Positions 21,407-31,302 are shown, counted from the first letter of the stretch. The stretch is DNA of 60,422 nucleotides from Candidatus Omnitrophota bacterium (GCA_043814605.1 JBDRJV010000027.1:1-60422); one strand, 5' to 3'. Numbers and translations are program-made. Notes: generated from the letters alone by a model not told the origin.

Positions 21407-23035
21407 TTAATTTTCTTTGTTTTCTTTTTTATCAACTAGTTTTTTAAATAGTTGTCCCACTTCATCCGGCGAAGATAAATAAAATTGCGCTGCCGAATAT
21501 TTTCGGTTTTCGCTTACTAAAATTCCTACGCCCCTTGCCCCAACAGCCCGGAAAGCATCTTCATCGGTTGTATCATCACCAATATAACAAACTACATTAT
21601 CTTCCCAATTAAGATTTAATGCTTTCATTATCCAGCTCAGAGCTTTACCTTTATTCCAATCAATTGCCGGTAAAACTTCAAAAACCATTTTCCCGTACAT
21701 TAACCTTAGATCGGGATTTTTTTTAACTTCTTCTTCCACTATTTTTTTAATAAAGCTGTGATATTCTTTTTTAACTGATCGGAAATGTACCGCTACACTA
21801 AACTTTTTTTCTTCAATAATCACACCTTCAATGGCTCCTATTTCATCTTTAAAGTAGTCAGTAATTTTACTTATTACGGGAATTTTTTCTTTTGCTTTAG
21901 GCTGAATCATTGCAACCCCTTGGCCTAATATATCAAAGCCATGACTTCCGGCATAAAAAATTCCCTTAATTTTTGCTAGTTTTTCCACATCCTCTCTCAT
22001 CCTTCCGCTAACAATCGCTGTTATAAATTTTTTAGAAAGTTCGGTAACAATATTTCTCATTGCATCAGAAATAATTGCCATATCCGGGCGCTCAACAATC
22101 GGGGTTAAAGTTCCGTCATAATCTAAAAAAAATACTGGTTTTTTCTCCCCTTCAAAAATAGTTTTCGGCGTTCGTAAATAATATGGATTAATTGTGATTT
22201 TTCTTTCATCTAATTCCAATTGTAAATATTCATGATTAATACCGTTCTGATTAGCCCAAACATTAAACAAAGCTACAGGCTTTTTATTAAACCATTTTTC
22301 AAACCAATCTAAGTCAACCGCAGACAGGCAAGTAACCACAATATCCGCTCCGTTATTATTTAATTCATCAATATTATTACTCCGGGCAACTCCCACAACT
22401 AATCCGAATCCTCCGTTACGCCCTGCCTGCACTCCGGATATTGCATCTTCAAAAACAATACTGCGGCTAGGAATTGTGCCTAAATCTAAAGCCGCTTTTA
22501 CAAAAATATCTCCTTCTGGCTTTCCCTCCAGCCCTAACTCTTCGGCAACTATTCCATCAACTCGAGTTTCAAAAACATCCAGCATATTCGCAGCCTTAAG
22601 AACAAACTGACAATTTTTGGACGAGGTCACAACTCCCACCTTAATCCCGTTTTCTTTACATTTTCTAATCAATTCCACAGTAGGAGTATAGAGTTCCACG
22701 CCTTTTGTTGTTAAAACCTCTTTAAATTTTTCGTTCTTTTTATTCCCTATAGCATAAATTGTTTCTGCACCGTAAGGGTCATCCGCTTGGCCCTGAGGCA
22801 GATTTATCCCTCTGGATTCTAAAAAGCTTTGAATACCTTTCAATCTTGGCTTTCCGTCTACAAATTGCAGATAATCCTGATGCGTAAATTCTCCGAAAAC
22901 TAAACCCTCACGCGACTCTTTTAATTTTAGATACTCATCAAAAACCAGCTTCCAAGCCATTGCATGAACAGAAGCTGTTTTGGTAATAATTCCATCCATA
23001 TCAAAAATAGCTGCATCAAATGAATATTGCCCCAT
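21407..23035 (-). CDS. Fusion of a beta-phosphoglucomutase-like HAD hydrolase and trehalose-6-phosphate phosphatase (OtsB-like)
   Basis: The N-terminal half has HAD motifs (FDMDGII, GKPEGD, FEDAISG). The C-terminal half has trehalose-phosphatase motifs (FFLDYDGTLTPIV, GDDTTDEDAF). Confidence 0.8.
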   Translation of the reverse strand: MGQYSFDAAIFDMDGIITKTASVHAMAWKLVFDEYLKLKESREGLVFGEFTHQDYLQFVDGKPRLKGIQSFLESRGINLPQGQADDPYGAETIYAIGNKKNEKFKEVLTTKGVELYTPTVELIRKCKENGIKVGVVTSSKNCQFVLKAANMLDVFETRVDGIVAEELGLEGKPEGDIFVKAALDLGTIPSRSIVFEDAISGVQAGRNGGFGLVVGVARSNNIDELNNNGADIVVTCLSAVDLDWFEKWFNKKPVALFNVWANQNGINHEYLQLELDERKITINPYYLRTPKTIFEGEKKPVFFLDYDGTLTPIVERPDMAIISDAMRNIVTELSKKFITAIVSGRMREDVEKLAKIKGIFYAGSHGFDILGQGVAMIQPKAKEKIPVISKITDYFKDEIGAIEGVIIEEKKFSVAVHFRSVKKEYHSFIKKIVEEEVKKNPDLRLMYGKMVFEVLPAIDWNKGKALSWIMKALNLNWEDNVVCYIGDDTTDEDAFRAVGARGVGILVSENRKYSAAQFYLSSPDEVGQLFKKLVDKKENKEN

Positions 23036-23152
23036 AATCTCCCCTTGAAAACTTAATTTTGTATGTTTTTCCCATTATTAATAATTTTAATTAGATTTCT
23101 TATTATCATAACATAATATAAAAAATTTTCAAAATTTACTTATATAAAAATT

Positions 23153-23659
23153 CTACTTTAAAATAAAACTTTCTAAATTATCACGCTGGCCTTTTCTTAA
23201 TTTAAACTCATTTAGCTGATCATACCCAAAAGCGATCACAGCCATAAGTTCCAATTGATTTTTAATCCCTAAAAGTTTATTAGCCTGGTCTTTTTTATTT
23301 AAAATTTCCCCTAACCAACAGCTTCCTATGCCGATTGAAAAAGCATAAAGCAGCATATTCTGAATACAAGCACCAATTGCCATAATATCCTTATCCCGGT
23401 CATACATGACTTCTTTTTCTAAAAAAACACAAATTACACAAGGTGCTTTTTCAATAATAGAATTATATTTAGTAAGTTGTGCAAGTTTATTTTTAATAAT
23501 CGGTTCGGTTATAATTTTGAATCTCCACGGCTGATTATTTAAACCTGACGGAGCCCAAATCCCGGTTTCTAAAATATTTTGAATAGTTTCCTCACAAATA
23601 GCTTTCTTTTTATATTTTCGTACTGATCTTCTTTCCAGAATCAATTCTTTAAGATTCAT
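23153..23659 (-). CDS. Nitroreductase family protein
   Basis: RRSVRKY...PSGLNNQPWRF signature. The ATG at 23659 sits 5 nt after an AAGGAG SD. The track start is a GTG overlapping that SD. Confidence 0.8.
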   Translation of the reverse strand: MNLKELILERRSVRKYKKKAICEETIQNILETGIWAPSGLNNQPWRFKIITEPIIKNKLAQLTKYNSIIEKAPCVICVFLEKEVMYDRDKDIMAIGACIQNMLLYAFSIGIGSCWLGEILNKKDQANKLLGIKNQLELMAVIAFGYDQLNEFKLRKGQRDNLESFILK

Positions 23660-23867
23660 AAACACTCCTTTTATTATTTATCTCAATTATATATTTTTTA
23701 ATGTGCGAGAAATATCTGTGAATATGGTTATGAATGTTATTATTCAGTTGAAATAATTATTTTAATTATAACAAAACATTATAAAAATATCGATAAATAT
23801 ATAACTTTCAATCAGGGGGAAGATAATCGTTTTCTAGAGGTAAGAAAAGGGTTAATAGAGTAATTTT

Positions 23868-24257
23868 TTAATAATCAAGGGTAAATTCGCAGGGAGATTT
23901 ATTGTCTTTAGTTTTGCTCCAATTTTCATAGCAAGCTTCAACAAAATACTGTCTTTCGATTGCATCAAATTCTTGTAACTGGACCCCGGCTTCAAATCCC
24001 AGTCCGGAATGAGTATCACTTTCTTTAACCCAGATAACGCGTGCGGTAACAAAAAAAGGCATGATTGATTGGGGAAAAGTCATTTCACATTCCAGTAAAG
24101 AATTTTGTTCAATTTGCTGATTAAAAATTGCCCGAAAGCCGCCACGACTAAAATTATTCGTAACAAATAAACCCTGTATAGATGAGCCACATGATTTAAA
24201 CTCACCGTTTACATCTGTTTCAAAACGCATATGTCTTCTTTTTTCAATAATAGACAT
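23868..24257 (-). CDS. PilZ-domain (c-di-GMP-binding) protein
   Basis: 129 aa with an RxxxR motif (KRRHMR) and a D/NxSxxG motif (NFSRGG). Confidence 0.7.
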   Translation of the reverse strand: MSIIEKRRHMRFETDVNGEFKSCGSSIQGLFVTNNFSRGGFRAIFNQQIEQNSLLECEMTFPQSIMPFFVTARVIWVKESDTHSGLGFEAGVQLQEFDAIERQYFVEACYENWSKTKDNKSPCEFTLDY

Positions 24258-24353
24258 ATTTCCCCTTTATTTAGATTGCAATTTATTCCTGGATAAAGCC
24301 AAGCAAGTATACCACAGTTTTGATTTTTTTCAAGGGCAAGAAAATTAATCAGT

Positions 24354-25436
24354 TTAATCCAAAGCTTGTTGTGCTTCATTAACAATTTCGTCTAAAAGCT
24401 CTTTTACGGAAACAATTTTATCCACACGGGAAACATTACTACCCGCAAAAACAACAGAATCATCAATATTACCTTTAACCGCATTAAATAAAGCTTTGGC
24501 AATACAATAAGGCACTGTCGCGGGATCACAAGTTCTTAGGCAGCGGTAATTACAAATTACAGGCTCTCTTCCTCCTTCGACAACACGTTTAATCAATGCT
24601 GTTTTGATTGCCCTTCCCGGCATTCCTACGGGACTTTTAATAATTACGACATCTTCATCTTTCGCTTCTAAGTATAATTTTTTAAATTTTTCTGGAACTG
24701 TACATTCATGCGTTGCCACAAAACGTGTTGCTATTTGCACACCACTAACCCCTAATTTAAAAAATTTAGCGACATCAGTTCCAGTAAAAATACCGCCTGC
24801 AGCAATTACGGGAATTTTTGTTTTAAACTCTTTTTCAAAATCATTAACAACTTTTAATACTTCCGCCACTAAATCTTCAAGTTTATTTTCTTCCATTTTA
24901 TTTAATTGATCCAAATCAAACCCCAAATGCCCCCCGGCCATCGGGCCTTCCACGACAATAGCATCCGGAATCCGATTGTATCTTCTTTTCCAGGTCTTAA
25001 TTATAATTGTTGTTGCCCGAGGAGAAGAAACAATAGGAATAAGTTTAACGGAAGAACCTTGAGTAACTTCTGGCAATTTTAAAGGCAAACCCGCACCGGA
25101 AACAATAAAATCTGCTTTTTCTTCTACCACAACCTTTACTAAATCATCATAATTGCTTACCGCAACCAAGATATTTGCCCCAATTACTCCTTTAGATAAT
25201 TGTTTGGCATTACGTATTTCTTTTTGTAATCCTTCTCGGGAAGCTTTTACAAAATTACTCATATTTTCATTCGACTGATAACCTAGTCCTACACTTGCTA
25301 TTGTGCCAGCGGCCCCATAATTAGCCACAGCACTAGCTAAAGAAGCTGTAGAGATAGCAACGCCCATGCCTCCTTGTATAATCGGCACCTTGAGTTCTAA
25401 ATCTCCCAGTATTAGTGGTTTCAATTTATTTGCCAT
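24354..25436 (-). CDS. Nitronate monooxygenase / FabK-like FMN oxidoreductase (NPD family)
   Basis: 360 aa TIM-barrel FMN enzyme with the signatures PIIQGGMGV and GPMAGGHLG. Confidence 0.8.
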   Translation of the reverse strand: MANKLKPLILGDLELKVPIIQGGMGVAISTASLASAVANYGAAGTIASVGLGYQSNENMSNFVKASREGLQKEIRNAKQLSKGVIGANILVAVSNYDDLVKVVVEEKADFIVSGAGLPLKLPEVTQGSSVKLIPIVSSPRATTIIIKTWKRRYNRIPDAIVVEGPMAGGHLGFDLDQLNKMEENKLEDLVAEVLKVVNDFEKEFKTKIPVIAAGGIFTGTDVAKFFKLGVSGVQIATRFVATHECTVPEKFKKLYLEAKDEDVVIIKSPVGMPGRAIKTALIKRVVEGGREPVICNYRCLRTCDPATVPYCIAKALFNAVKGNIDDSVVFAGSNVSRVDKIVSVKELLDEIVNEAQQALD

Positions 25437-25653
25437 ATTAGTTAATCTTTCTTTTTATTTTATGTTGGTAATTTAAAAATTTACCGATGTACTATTTATT
25501 ATATTACTACTCCTCCTCTAATTTTTCACTCAAAATCTCTTTTCTTATCGCTATCTTCTTCTTTGTTAATAGTATTTTTAAGGCAGCTTTACTTGTTTGG
25601 CTTCTGCTTCTAATCAATATATGATTTGCTTTACATTCCCCCATCTAAAATTT

Positions 25654-25731
25654 TGGGGTGGATGATGGGATTCGAACCCACGGCATCAAGAACCACAATC
25701 TTGCGCTCTAACCAACTGAGCTACACCCACC
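25654..25731 (-). tRNA. tRNA-His (anticodon GTG)
   Basis: Cloverleaf folded by hand. It has the extra G-1 paired to C73, the anticodon loop TTGTGGT, the T-loop TTCGAAT and an encoded CCA. Confidence 0.95.
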
Positions 25732-25837
25732 ATAAAATTAGTTGTAAGTTTTAAGTAGTAAGCAAAAATAAATCCGCCTTTATTTCCAGTAGTAAAATTT
25801 ACTTCATTCTTAATACTTACCACTTATCACTAATTCG

Positions 25838-25914
<77 letters not shown>

Positions 25915-25943
25915 CCCCAAAATCTTTACCTTTGTTTAAGCGT

Positions 25944-26022
25944 TGGTCGGGGCAGGTGGATTTGAACCACCGACTTCTTGGTCCCAAACCAAGCGCTCTA
26001 AGCCAAGCTGAGCCATGCCCCG
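25944..26022 (-). tRNA. tRNA-Pro (anticodon TGG)
   Basis: Acceptor stem CGGGGCA/TGCCCCG, anticodon stem-loop CTTGG-TTTGGGA-CCAAG, T-loop TTCAAAT and an encoded CCA. Confidence 0.95.
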
Positions 26023-26122
26023 TAAAAAAATTACAAAGACCGATAAGACTAAAAATGTAGAGAAAAATGTACTTTTCTCTACATTTTAAATCAATTTTTA
26101 ATAAAAATTTATAAATTTTCCC

Positions 26123-26485
26123 CTAATTTTTTTCCGGTGTTGCTGTTGCCCTTACTATACTTAAAGAGATTAGAACATTTTTTTCTTTACCTTTCTTGTC
26201 AGTTTCTTTACGATAAGTTGTTAAAATTGTTGTTCCATCCTTTAAATCTTTAAGTGAAATTTCTACAGATTCACCTTTATTATCTTTTACAACAAAATTT
26301 GCTTTTCCTTTAGACTTGAAATCAACATATTGTACTTTACCCACTGCACCAAATATTTTTTGATCTTGCATCCCTTTACTAGTTAAGATAGTTTCTGCTT
26401 TATCTTGCGCAAATATATTATAATTATTCAAAAAAAGTAATAAAGCAATAAGGAAAATATTTACTTTTAATGCTTTTTTAACCAT
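26123..26485 (-). CDS. Small secreted protein, function unknown
   Basis: 120 aa with an N-terminal signal peptide (VNIFLIALLLFLNNYNIFA). Confidence 0.5.
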   Translation of the reverse strand: MVKKALKVNIFLIALLLFLNNYNIFAQDKAETILTSKGMQDQKIFGAVGKVQYVDFKSKGKANFVVKDNKGESVEISLKDLKDGTTILTTYRKETDKKGKEKNVLISLSIVRATATPEKN

Positions 26486-26679
26486 TTTAACCCCCTTAAT
26501 AAGTATGAAAACACTAAAAAATCTATTTGTAAAATATTAAATTTTTATTTTTATTATAAATTATACGTATAAACATAACATCAAAAATCACCAAACTCTA
26601 AAAAGTCAGCTTAAGTATATCACTATTTAAAACTAACGTCAAGAAAATAGGCAGAGTAAAAATACTCAATCGATAAACG

Positions 26680-27096
26680 CTAGAACTGTTTTTTCCAGAA
26701 CAACTTAAGGCGATCATCCCCTGGATCAACCCTTAAATCCAGCTTATAGCGATTTAAGTAAGGATCATCCAGCCTGTTAAGCCATTCGATGCAATCAACC
26801 CCCTTAACTAATAATTCCGATACTTGGGGCACATAGTATTCATTTAAGGTTAACCGTACAGTTTCGGGCGTTATTTTCTTTTTATCAGGGTATATATCCT
26901 TTTTCTCTTCGGGTTTATTCATCGTAGTATTCCAGCCCGAAGATTGATAACTGTGTTTAGGACATTTATAATCTTCATTGATATTATCTTCTGCACCTTT
27001 TGCCAATTTAATATTAGATATAAAAAAAAATAAAAACCCGAAACTTATTAAAAAAGCTATTATTTTTAACTTAATAATTAACTTATAAATTTTCAT
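26680..27096 (-). CDS. Membrane-anchored or secreted protein, function unknown
   Basis: 138 aa with an N-terminal hydrophobic anchor. It ends in TAG. Confidence 0.5.
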   Translation of the reverse strand: MKIYKLIIKLKIIAFLISFGFLFFFISNIKLAKGAEDNINEDYKCPKHSYQSSGWNTTMNKPEEKKDIYPDKKKITPETVRLTLNEYYVPQVSELLVKGVDCIEWLNRLDDPYLNRYKLDLRVDPGDDRLKLFWKKQF

Positions 27097-27158
27097 ATTG
27101 AAAACTCTATATTATCTGTAATTATAGTTATTACAGCTAGTTAAATCAGTAAGATCAG

Positions 27159-27887
27159 CTATACTGCTTTTGATAATTGTTTTTGCCGAGTAATTTCATA
27201 ACAAAGGATTGAAGTCGCTACTGCGGCATTTAAAGAAAGCTCTTGCCCGGGCATAGGCAAACTAAACTTAAAATCAACGCAAGCCAACACTCCGGGACGA
27301 ATCCCTTTATCTTCTGATCCAATTACAATACATAAAGGAAAAGTAAAAGAAGATTTCAATATATCCTGGCCATTTTTTGTTACCGCAGCGGATACCCAAT
27401 ATCCATTTTGTTTTAACTTTTCTAATGCAGGGATAATATTCGCGGTTAACACAACCGGGACATAATTTTCCCCGCCGCAAGCAATCCTTAATACTGTTTC
27501 ATTGATACTCACACTGCGATGCCTGGGAATAATTAAAGCAAATTCACCAAAACATGCAGCTGTCCTTAAAATTACTCCTAAATTCTGCGTATCGGTAATA
27601 TGGCTTAAAACGATAAAAGTATACTTGTTCTGAGGCTTAGAATTTAAAAGACCGTCTAAATCTGCATAAACAAAATCATCAATCTCAGCTGCAACTCCTT
27701 GAGAATTATAATGTTGGGATAGCTGGGATAGATCTTTAGCTTGAATAATATTAAATTGAATATTATTTTTTTCCGCTAATTCCTTAATTATATTAAAATC
27801 ACTACTTTTTTTTAAATAAATCTTTTTAATACTCTGGGGATTAGCTTTTATTCTTTCAATGATTTGATTTTTACCATATAAAAACAT
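27159..27887 (-). CDS. rlmB: TrmH/SpoU-family RNA 2'-O-methyltransferase (RlmB-like)
   Basis: 242 aa with an N-terminal substrate-binding domain (LYGKNQIIERI) and the SpoU methylase motifs (IVIGSEDKGIR, SLNAAVATSI). Confidence 0.75.
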   Translation of the reverse strand: MFLYGKNQIIERIKANPQSIKKIYLKKSSDFNIIKELAEKNNIQFNIIQAKDLSQLSQHYNSQGVAAEIDDFVYADLDGLLNSKPQNKYTFIVLSHITDTQNLGVILRTAACFGEFALIIPRHRSVSINETVLRIACGGENYVPVVLTANIIPALEKLKQNGYWVSAAVTKNGQDILKSSFTFPLCIVIGSEDKGIRPGVLACVDFKFSLPMPGQELSLNAAVATSILCYEITRQKQLSKAV

Positions 27888-27912
27888 AGTATGTTTCCCT
27901 CATAATAAGATT

Positions 27913-28020
27913 ATGGAACCCCCACGGGCTAAAGCCCGTGGTTCCTGGGGTGGAATACTCAAGCGGCCTCCTTTTATCCGCGCCATAAATGGGCGCGGTT
28001 TTAGGCCGCGGATGTATAAA
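27913..28020 (+). repeat. 108-nt GC-rich structured intergenic repeat, copy 1 of 3
   Basis: It differs from the copies at 47577-47684 (same orientation) and 53360-53467 (inverted) by one base each, and contains nested GC-rich hairpins. Confidence 0.9.
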
Positions 28021-28064
28021 TTATATTTTTTTAAAATTTTATAAAAAAATCAGCTATAAAAAAT

Positions 28065-29468
28065 CTATTGCAAAACAGGCAGGATAAGTTGAGCAACTTT
28101 AAAATATATTATCAGGCCAATAATATCAACAATGCTGGTTGTAATGGGGCCAGCTAATACAGCTGGGTCAAGGCCTATTTTTTTGGAAATAATCGGCAAT
28201 GAAATTCCTGTGCAAATAGCTAATAACACGATGAGAAACATTGTTAATCCGACAACGATTGCAACAAAGAAATCTTTTTGCAGTAAAATTGCCCGGATAA
28301 ACGCCACAATACCGACAATTACTCCCATTACTAAAGCTGCGCCAAATTCTAATTTGATCATACGTTTGAGATTATCAAAACTTACATCGCCGGTTGCTAA
28401 ACCGCGAATCACGGTAATTGAACTTTGTGTTCCCGCATTACCTCCTGTACCTAAAAGCATGGGAATAAAAAATACCAGTGCGACTGCGCTGTTTAAAGTG
28501 CTTTGGAATGTTTTTAGAATAGTTGCCGTAATAAAATCAAAGACTAACAAAAACATTAACCATCCGGCACGGCGGCTGATAATGTCTTTTACTGTAGCCG
28601 TTGTGTAAGTAATCATCTTCCCTTCACCCGCAGTCATTTTACCAACTTCGTAAATTTCTTTTGTTGCTTCTCTATCCATAATATCCACAATATCATCAAT
28701 TGTAATAACTCCCAGCAACTCACTATGTTGTTCATCAACAACCGGAGCTTCAATCAAATCATAGCGTTTAAAAAGTTGTGCTACTTCCTCATCCGGAGCA
28801 TACTCATTAATTTTAATAAAATCAGTACTTTCCATAATATCTTTGATTAACATATCCTGAGGCGCTTTAAATAAATCCTGTAATTCTACAAGTCCTAATA
28901 ATCGATGCTCTGTATCTGTAACATATATTGAACTAATATCTAAATCATCGTCAAAACTTAGGGTATCCTACAATTTTAAAATTGCCGCACGGGCGGTGTA
29001 TTCTTTTCTCAGCTCAATATAATCAGTGGTCATTAATGCACCGGCTGTCCCCTCTTCATAAGTAATCAGTTCACGCACATCTTCGACTTCTTCTTTTTTC
29101 ATCAATTTAAAAAACTTTTTCATCACCTTAGGCGGTAAATCCCGGAAAAGATTAGCACGGTCATCCGGCGCCATTTCATTTAAAACTTGAGAAACCTCCT
29201 CATTCTCTAAATTATCCAAGAGGTATGCCTGGTCAGCAAACTTAAGCGCTTCAAAAACTTCTATTGCTAAACGCGTACGCAAGAGTTTAAAAATTAAAAT
29301 TTTTTCTTGATTTTCAAATTTATGCCACCGTTCTGCTACATCAATAGAAGGAATTTTGGAAAGGACTGCTTTTACATCAGAAAACTTCTTTTCATTTAAA
29401 AGAGATTTGATTTCCGGGACAAAAAGCGCCGCAATATTTAACGATTTTTTACTGTTTTTTTTAGACAT
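28065..29468 (-). pseudogene. mgtE: Magnesium transporter MgtE interrupted by a single in-frame TAG (28968-28970)
   Basis: ORF 28968-29468 encodes the MgtE N-domain. ORF 28065-28853 encodes CBS2 plus the TM domain. Both are in the same frame, and the 117 nt between them translate to a CBS1-like segment (SSIYVTDTEHRLLGLVELQDL). Confidence 0.8.
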
Positions 29469-29583
29469 TTTTAATCCCTAATTTTAAAACATATACTAAC
29501 ACTTTATATTTTTTTATAAACCCACTCTTTATTAATAATAGCTCACTCTTTTTTTAAGTCAAAATAATTATATTATTTCTGCC

Positions 29584-31251
29584 TTAAGAATTGTCTTCTG
29601 AATGCAGTTTTTCGCTGATCCTTGTCCTGTCCCATTGTAATTTACCTAAGACAGCCTGAGCAACATTAGTAAGATGATCTCCGATTTTTTCAAAATTGCT
29701 AACCATATCTAAAAATATAATTCCGGAAAGAACATTACATTTTTTTTGAGATAAACGACTTATATGATTTTCTCTTAATTTAAAAGTTAACTGGTCAACT
29801 TGATTTTCCAACTTCAACACGGCTTGTGCTTCTTCGGGGTCATTAGTATCTAAAGAATTAATCGTTACCTTTCCCATTTTTTCTACTAAGGAGAACATTT
29901 CTTTAAGCTCTTCTTGTGCCTCAGTTGTAAAAGGTAAATCTAAGGTAATTTTTCTTTCACTTAATTCTGTCAAATTCTCAGAATGGTCACCTATTCTTTC
30001 AATATCATTAACGCTATGCAATAAAGAAGGGATTTTTTGCGCAATTTCCGGAGAAATTTCTTTCTGCATTAGCTCCATTAAATAATTTGTAATTGACTCC
30101 TGCAGATTATCCACTACTTTTTCTTTTCTCGGAACAAACTTCAATAATTTCATATCTTGGCTTAAAAATCCCTGCATGGCATCATTAAACATGCTGCAGG
30201 AAATCCCTGTCATCCGGATTATTTCTTTTACCGAAGCATCTATGGCTATCGGTGGTGTATGCAAAAGATGCTTTTCTAAAAATTTTGGTTGTGTATCAAT
30301 AATTATATCTTCCCCGGGCACCAACTTTGTAACAAGTTTTGTAATCAAACCAACAAAAGGGAGAAAGAGTAATGTATTCGCTACATTAAAAATAGTATGC
30401 GCATTGGCTATTTGACGAGCAATATCCACAGATGTATATCCTACTATCCGAATAAATATTCCTTTAAAAATAAATAATGTTGGGAAAAATATAATCGCAC
30501 CCATGATTTGAATTAAAACATGAGCAAATGCTGTCCGCCTTGCAGAAATAGTTGTTCCGATAGACGCCAATACTGCCGTAATACAGGTTCCAATATTACA
30601 ACCAAAAACAAGCGGAATAGCTGCTTGCAACTCAAGCAACCCCATCGCTCCCAATCCAATAATGATACCCGTCGTTACGCTCGAACTTTGGAAAATAGCT
30701 GTTAATACTGCTCCGGTTAATATTCCTAAAAACGGGTTTTTACTAAAATTAATAAAAATTTCTTTTATTGCCGGATTATCAGCTAATGGTTTTATCCCTG
30801 AAGTCATTATGTTTAAACCTAAAAACAAAATTCCAAACCCTAAAAAAAATAATCCTAAGAATTTCCAAAATCTCCTTTCAACAAATAAAAATAAAATAGT
30901 TCCTAACGCTATAATTGGCAAGGCATAATCCGTTAATTTGAAAGCAATAATTTGCCCGGTAATTGTCGTTCCGATATGCGCCCCTAGAATCACCGCAATT
31001 GCCTGCCGAAGCCCCATTAAACCCGCATTAACAAACCCAACCAACATAACTGTAGTTGCGGATGAGCTTTGAATTAAAGCTGTAATAAATGTTCCTACAG
31101 CCGCACCCATTAATCTATTTTTAGTAAGTATTTTTAATAAGCGACGCAAACGATCTCCGGAAGCATTCTGCAACCCTTCCCCCATGAGATGAATCCCATA
31201 AATAAATAATCCTAAGCCGCCAATAACACCAAAAATAATTCCCTGGACCAT
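29584..31251 (-). CDS. Na/Pi cotransporter family protein with C-terminal PhoU-like repeats
   Basis: 555 aa with two Na/Pi-cotransporter repeats (QSSSATT, QSSSVTT) and C-terminal PhoU-like helices (ERIGDH, EKIGDH). Confidence 0.85.
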   Translation of the reverse strand: MVQGIIFGVIGGLGLFIYGIHLMGEGLQNASGDRLRRLLKILTKNRLMGAAVGTFITALIQSSSATTVMLVGFVNAGLMGLRQAIAVILGAHIGTTITGQIIAFKLTDYALPIIALGTILFLFVERRFWKFLGLFFLGFGILFLGLNIMTSGIKPLADNPAIKEIFINFSKNPFLGILTGAVLTAIFQSSSVTTGIIIGLGAMGLLELQAAIPLVFGCNIGTCITAVLASIGTTISARRTAFAHVLIQIMGAIIFFPTLFIFKGIFIRIVGYTSVDIARQIANAHTIFNVANTLLFLPFVGLITKLVTKLVPGEDIIIDTQPKFLEKHLLHTPPIAIDASVKEIIRMTGISCSMFNDAMQGFLSQDMKLLKFVPRKEKVVDNLQESITNYLMELMQKEISPEIAQKIPSLLHSVNDIERIGDHSENLTELSERKITLDLPFTTEAQEELKEMFSLVEKMGKVTINSLDTNDPEEAQAVLKLENQVDQLTFKLRENHISRLSQKKCNVLSGIIFLDMVSNFEKIGDHLTNVAQAVLGKLQWDRTRISEKLHSEDNS

Positions 31252-31302
31252 TCATCCCTCCCTAAACAATACTTTTATAATATTTAACTTACCTTTATAG
31301 TT

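Noticed and set aside
27913-28020. Reading the 108-nt repeat as a small arginine-rich ORF (MEPPRAKARGSWGGILKRPPFIRAINGRGFRPRMYK...).
   Set aside because: There is no SD, and the C-terminus differs in every copy because the frame runs into unrelated flanks. Both copy-specific substitutions are non-synonymous, and the sequence is dominated by stem-forming GC palindromes.
27913-28020. The repeat as an integron attC site (it contains GGTTTTAGGCC / GGCCTAAAACC, which is reminiscent of the R' and R'' boxes).
   Set aside because: The core boxes do not fit RYYYAAC/GTTRRRY, there is no integrase or cassette array, and the copies are scattered among housekeeping genes.
28132-28608. 158-aa + strand ORF, and the many other + strand track ORFs such as 1279-1536, 5744-6070, 7086-7379, 41261-41560 and 56960-57316.
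   Set aside because: All lie antisense within well-supported minus-strand genes. They have biased or low-complexity composition and no SD.
28968-28970. TAG reassigned as a sense codon to explain the mgtE interruption.
   Set aside because: TAG terminates several well-supported genes here at their expected ends (rlmB 27159, glgC 33245, nfnB-like 49028, cobB 57525). Genome-wide recoding is therefore unlikely, though site-specific read-through cannot be excluded.
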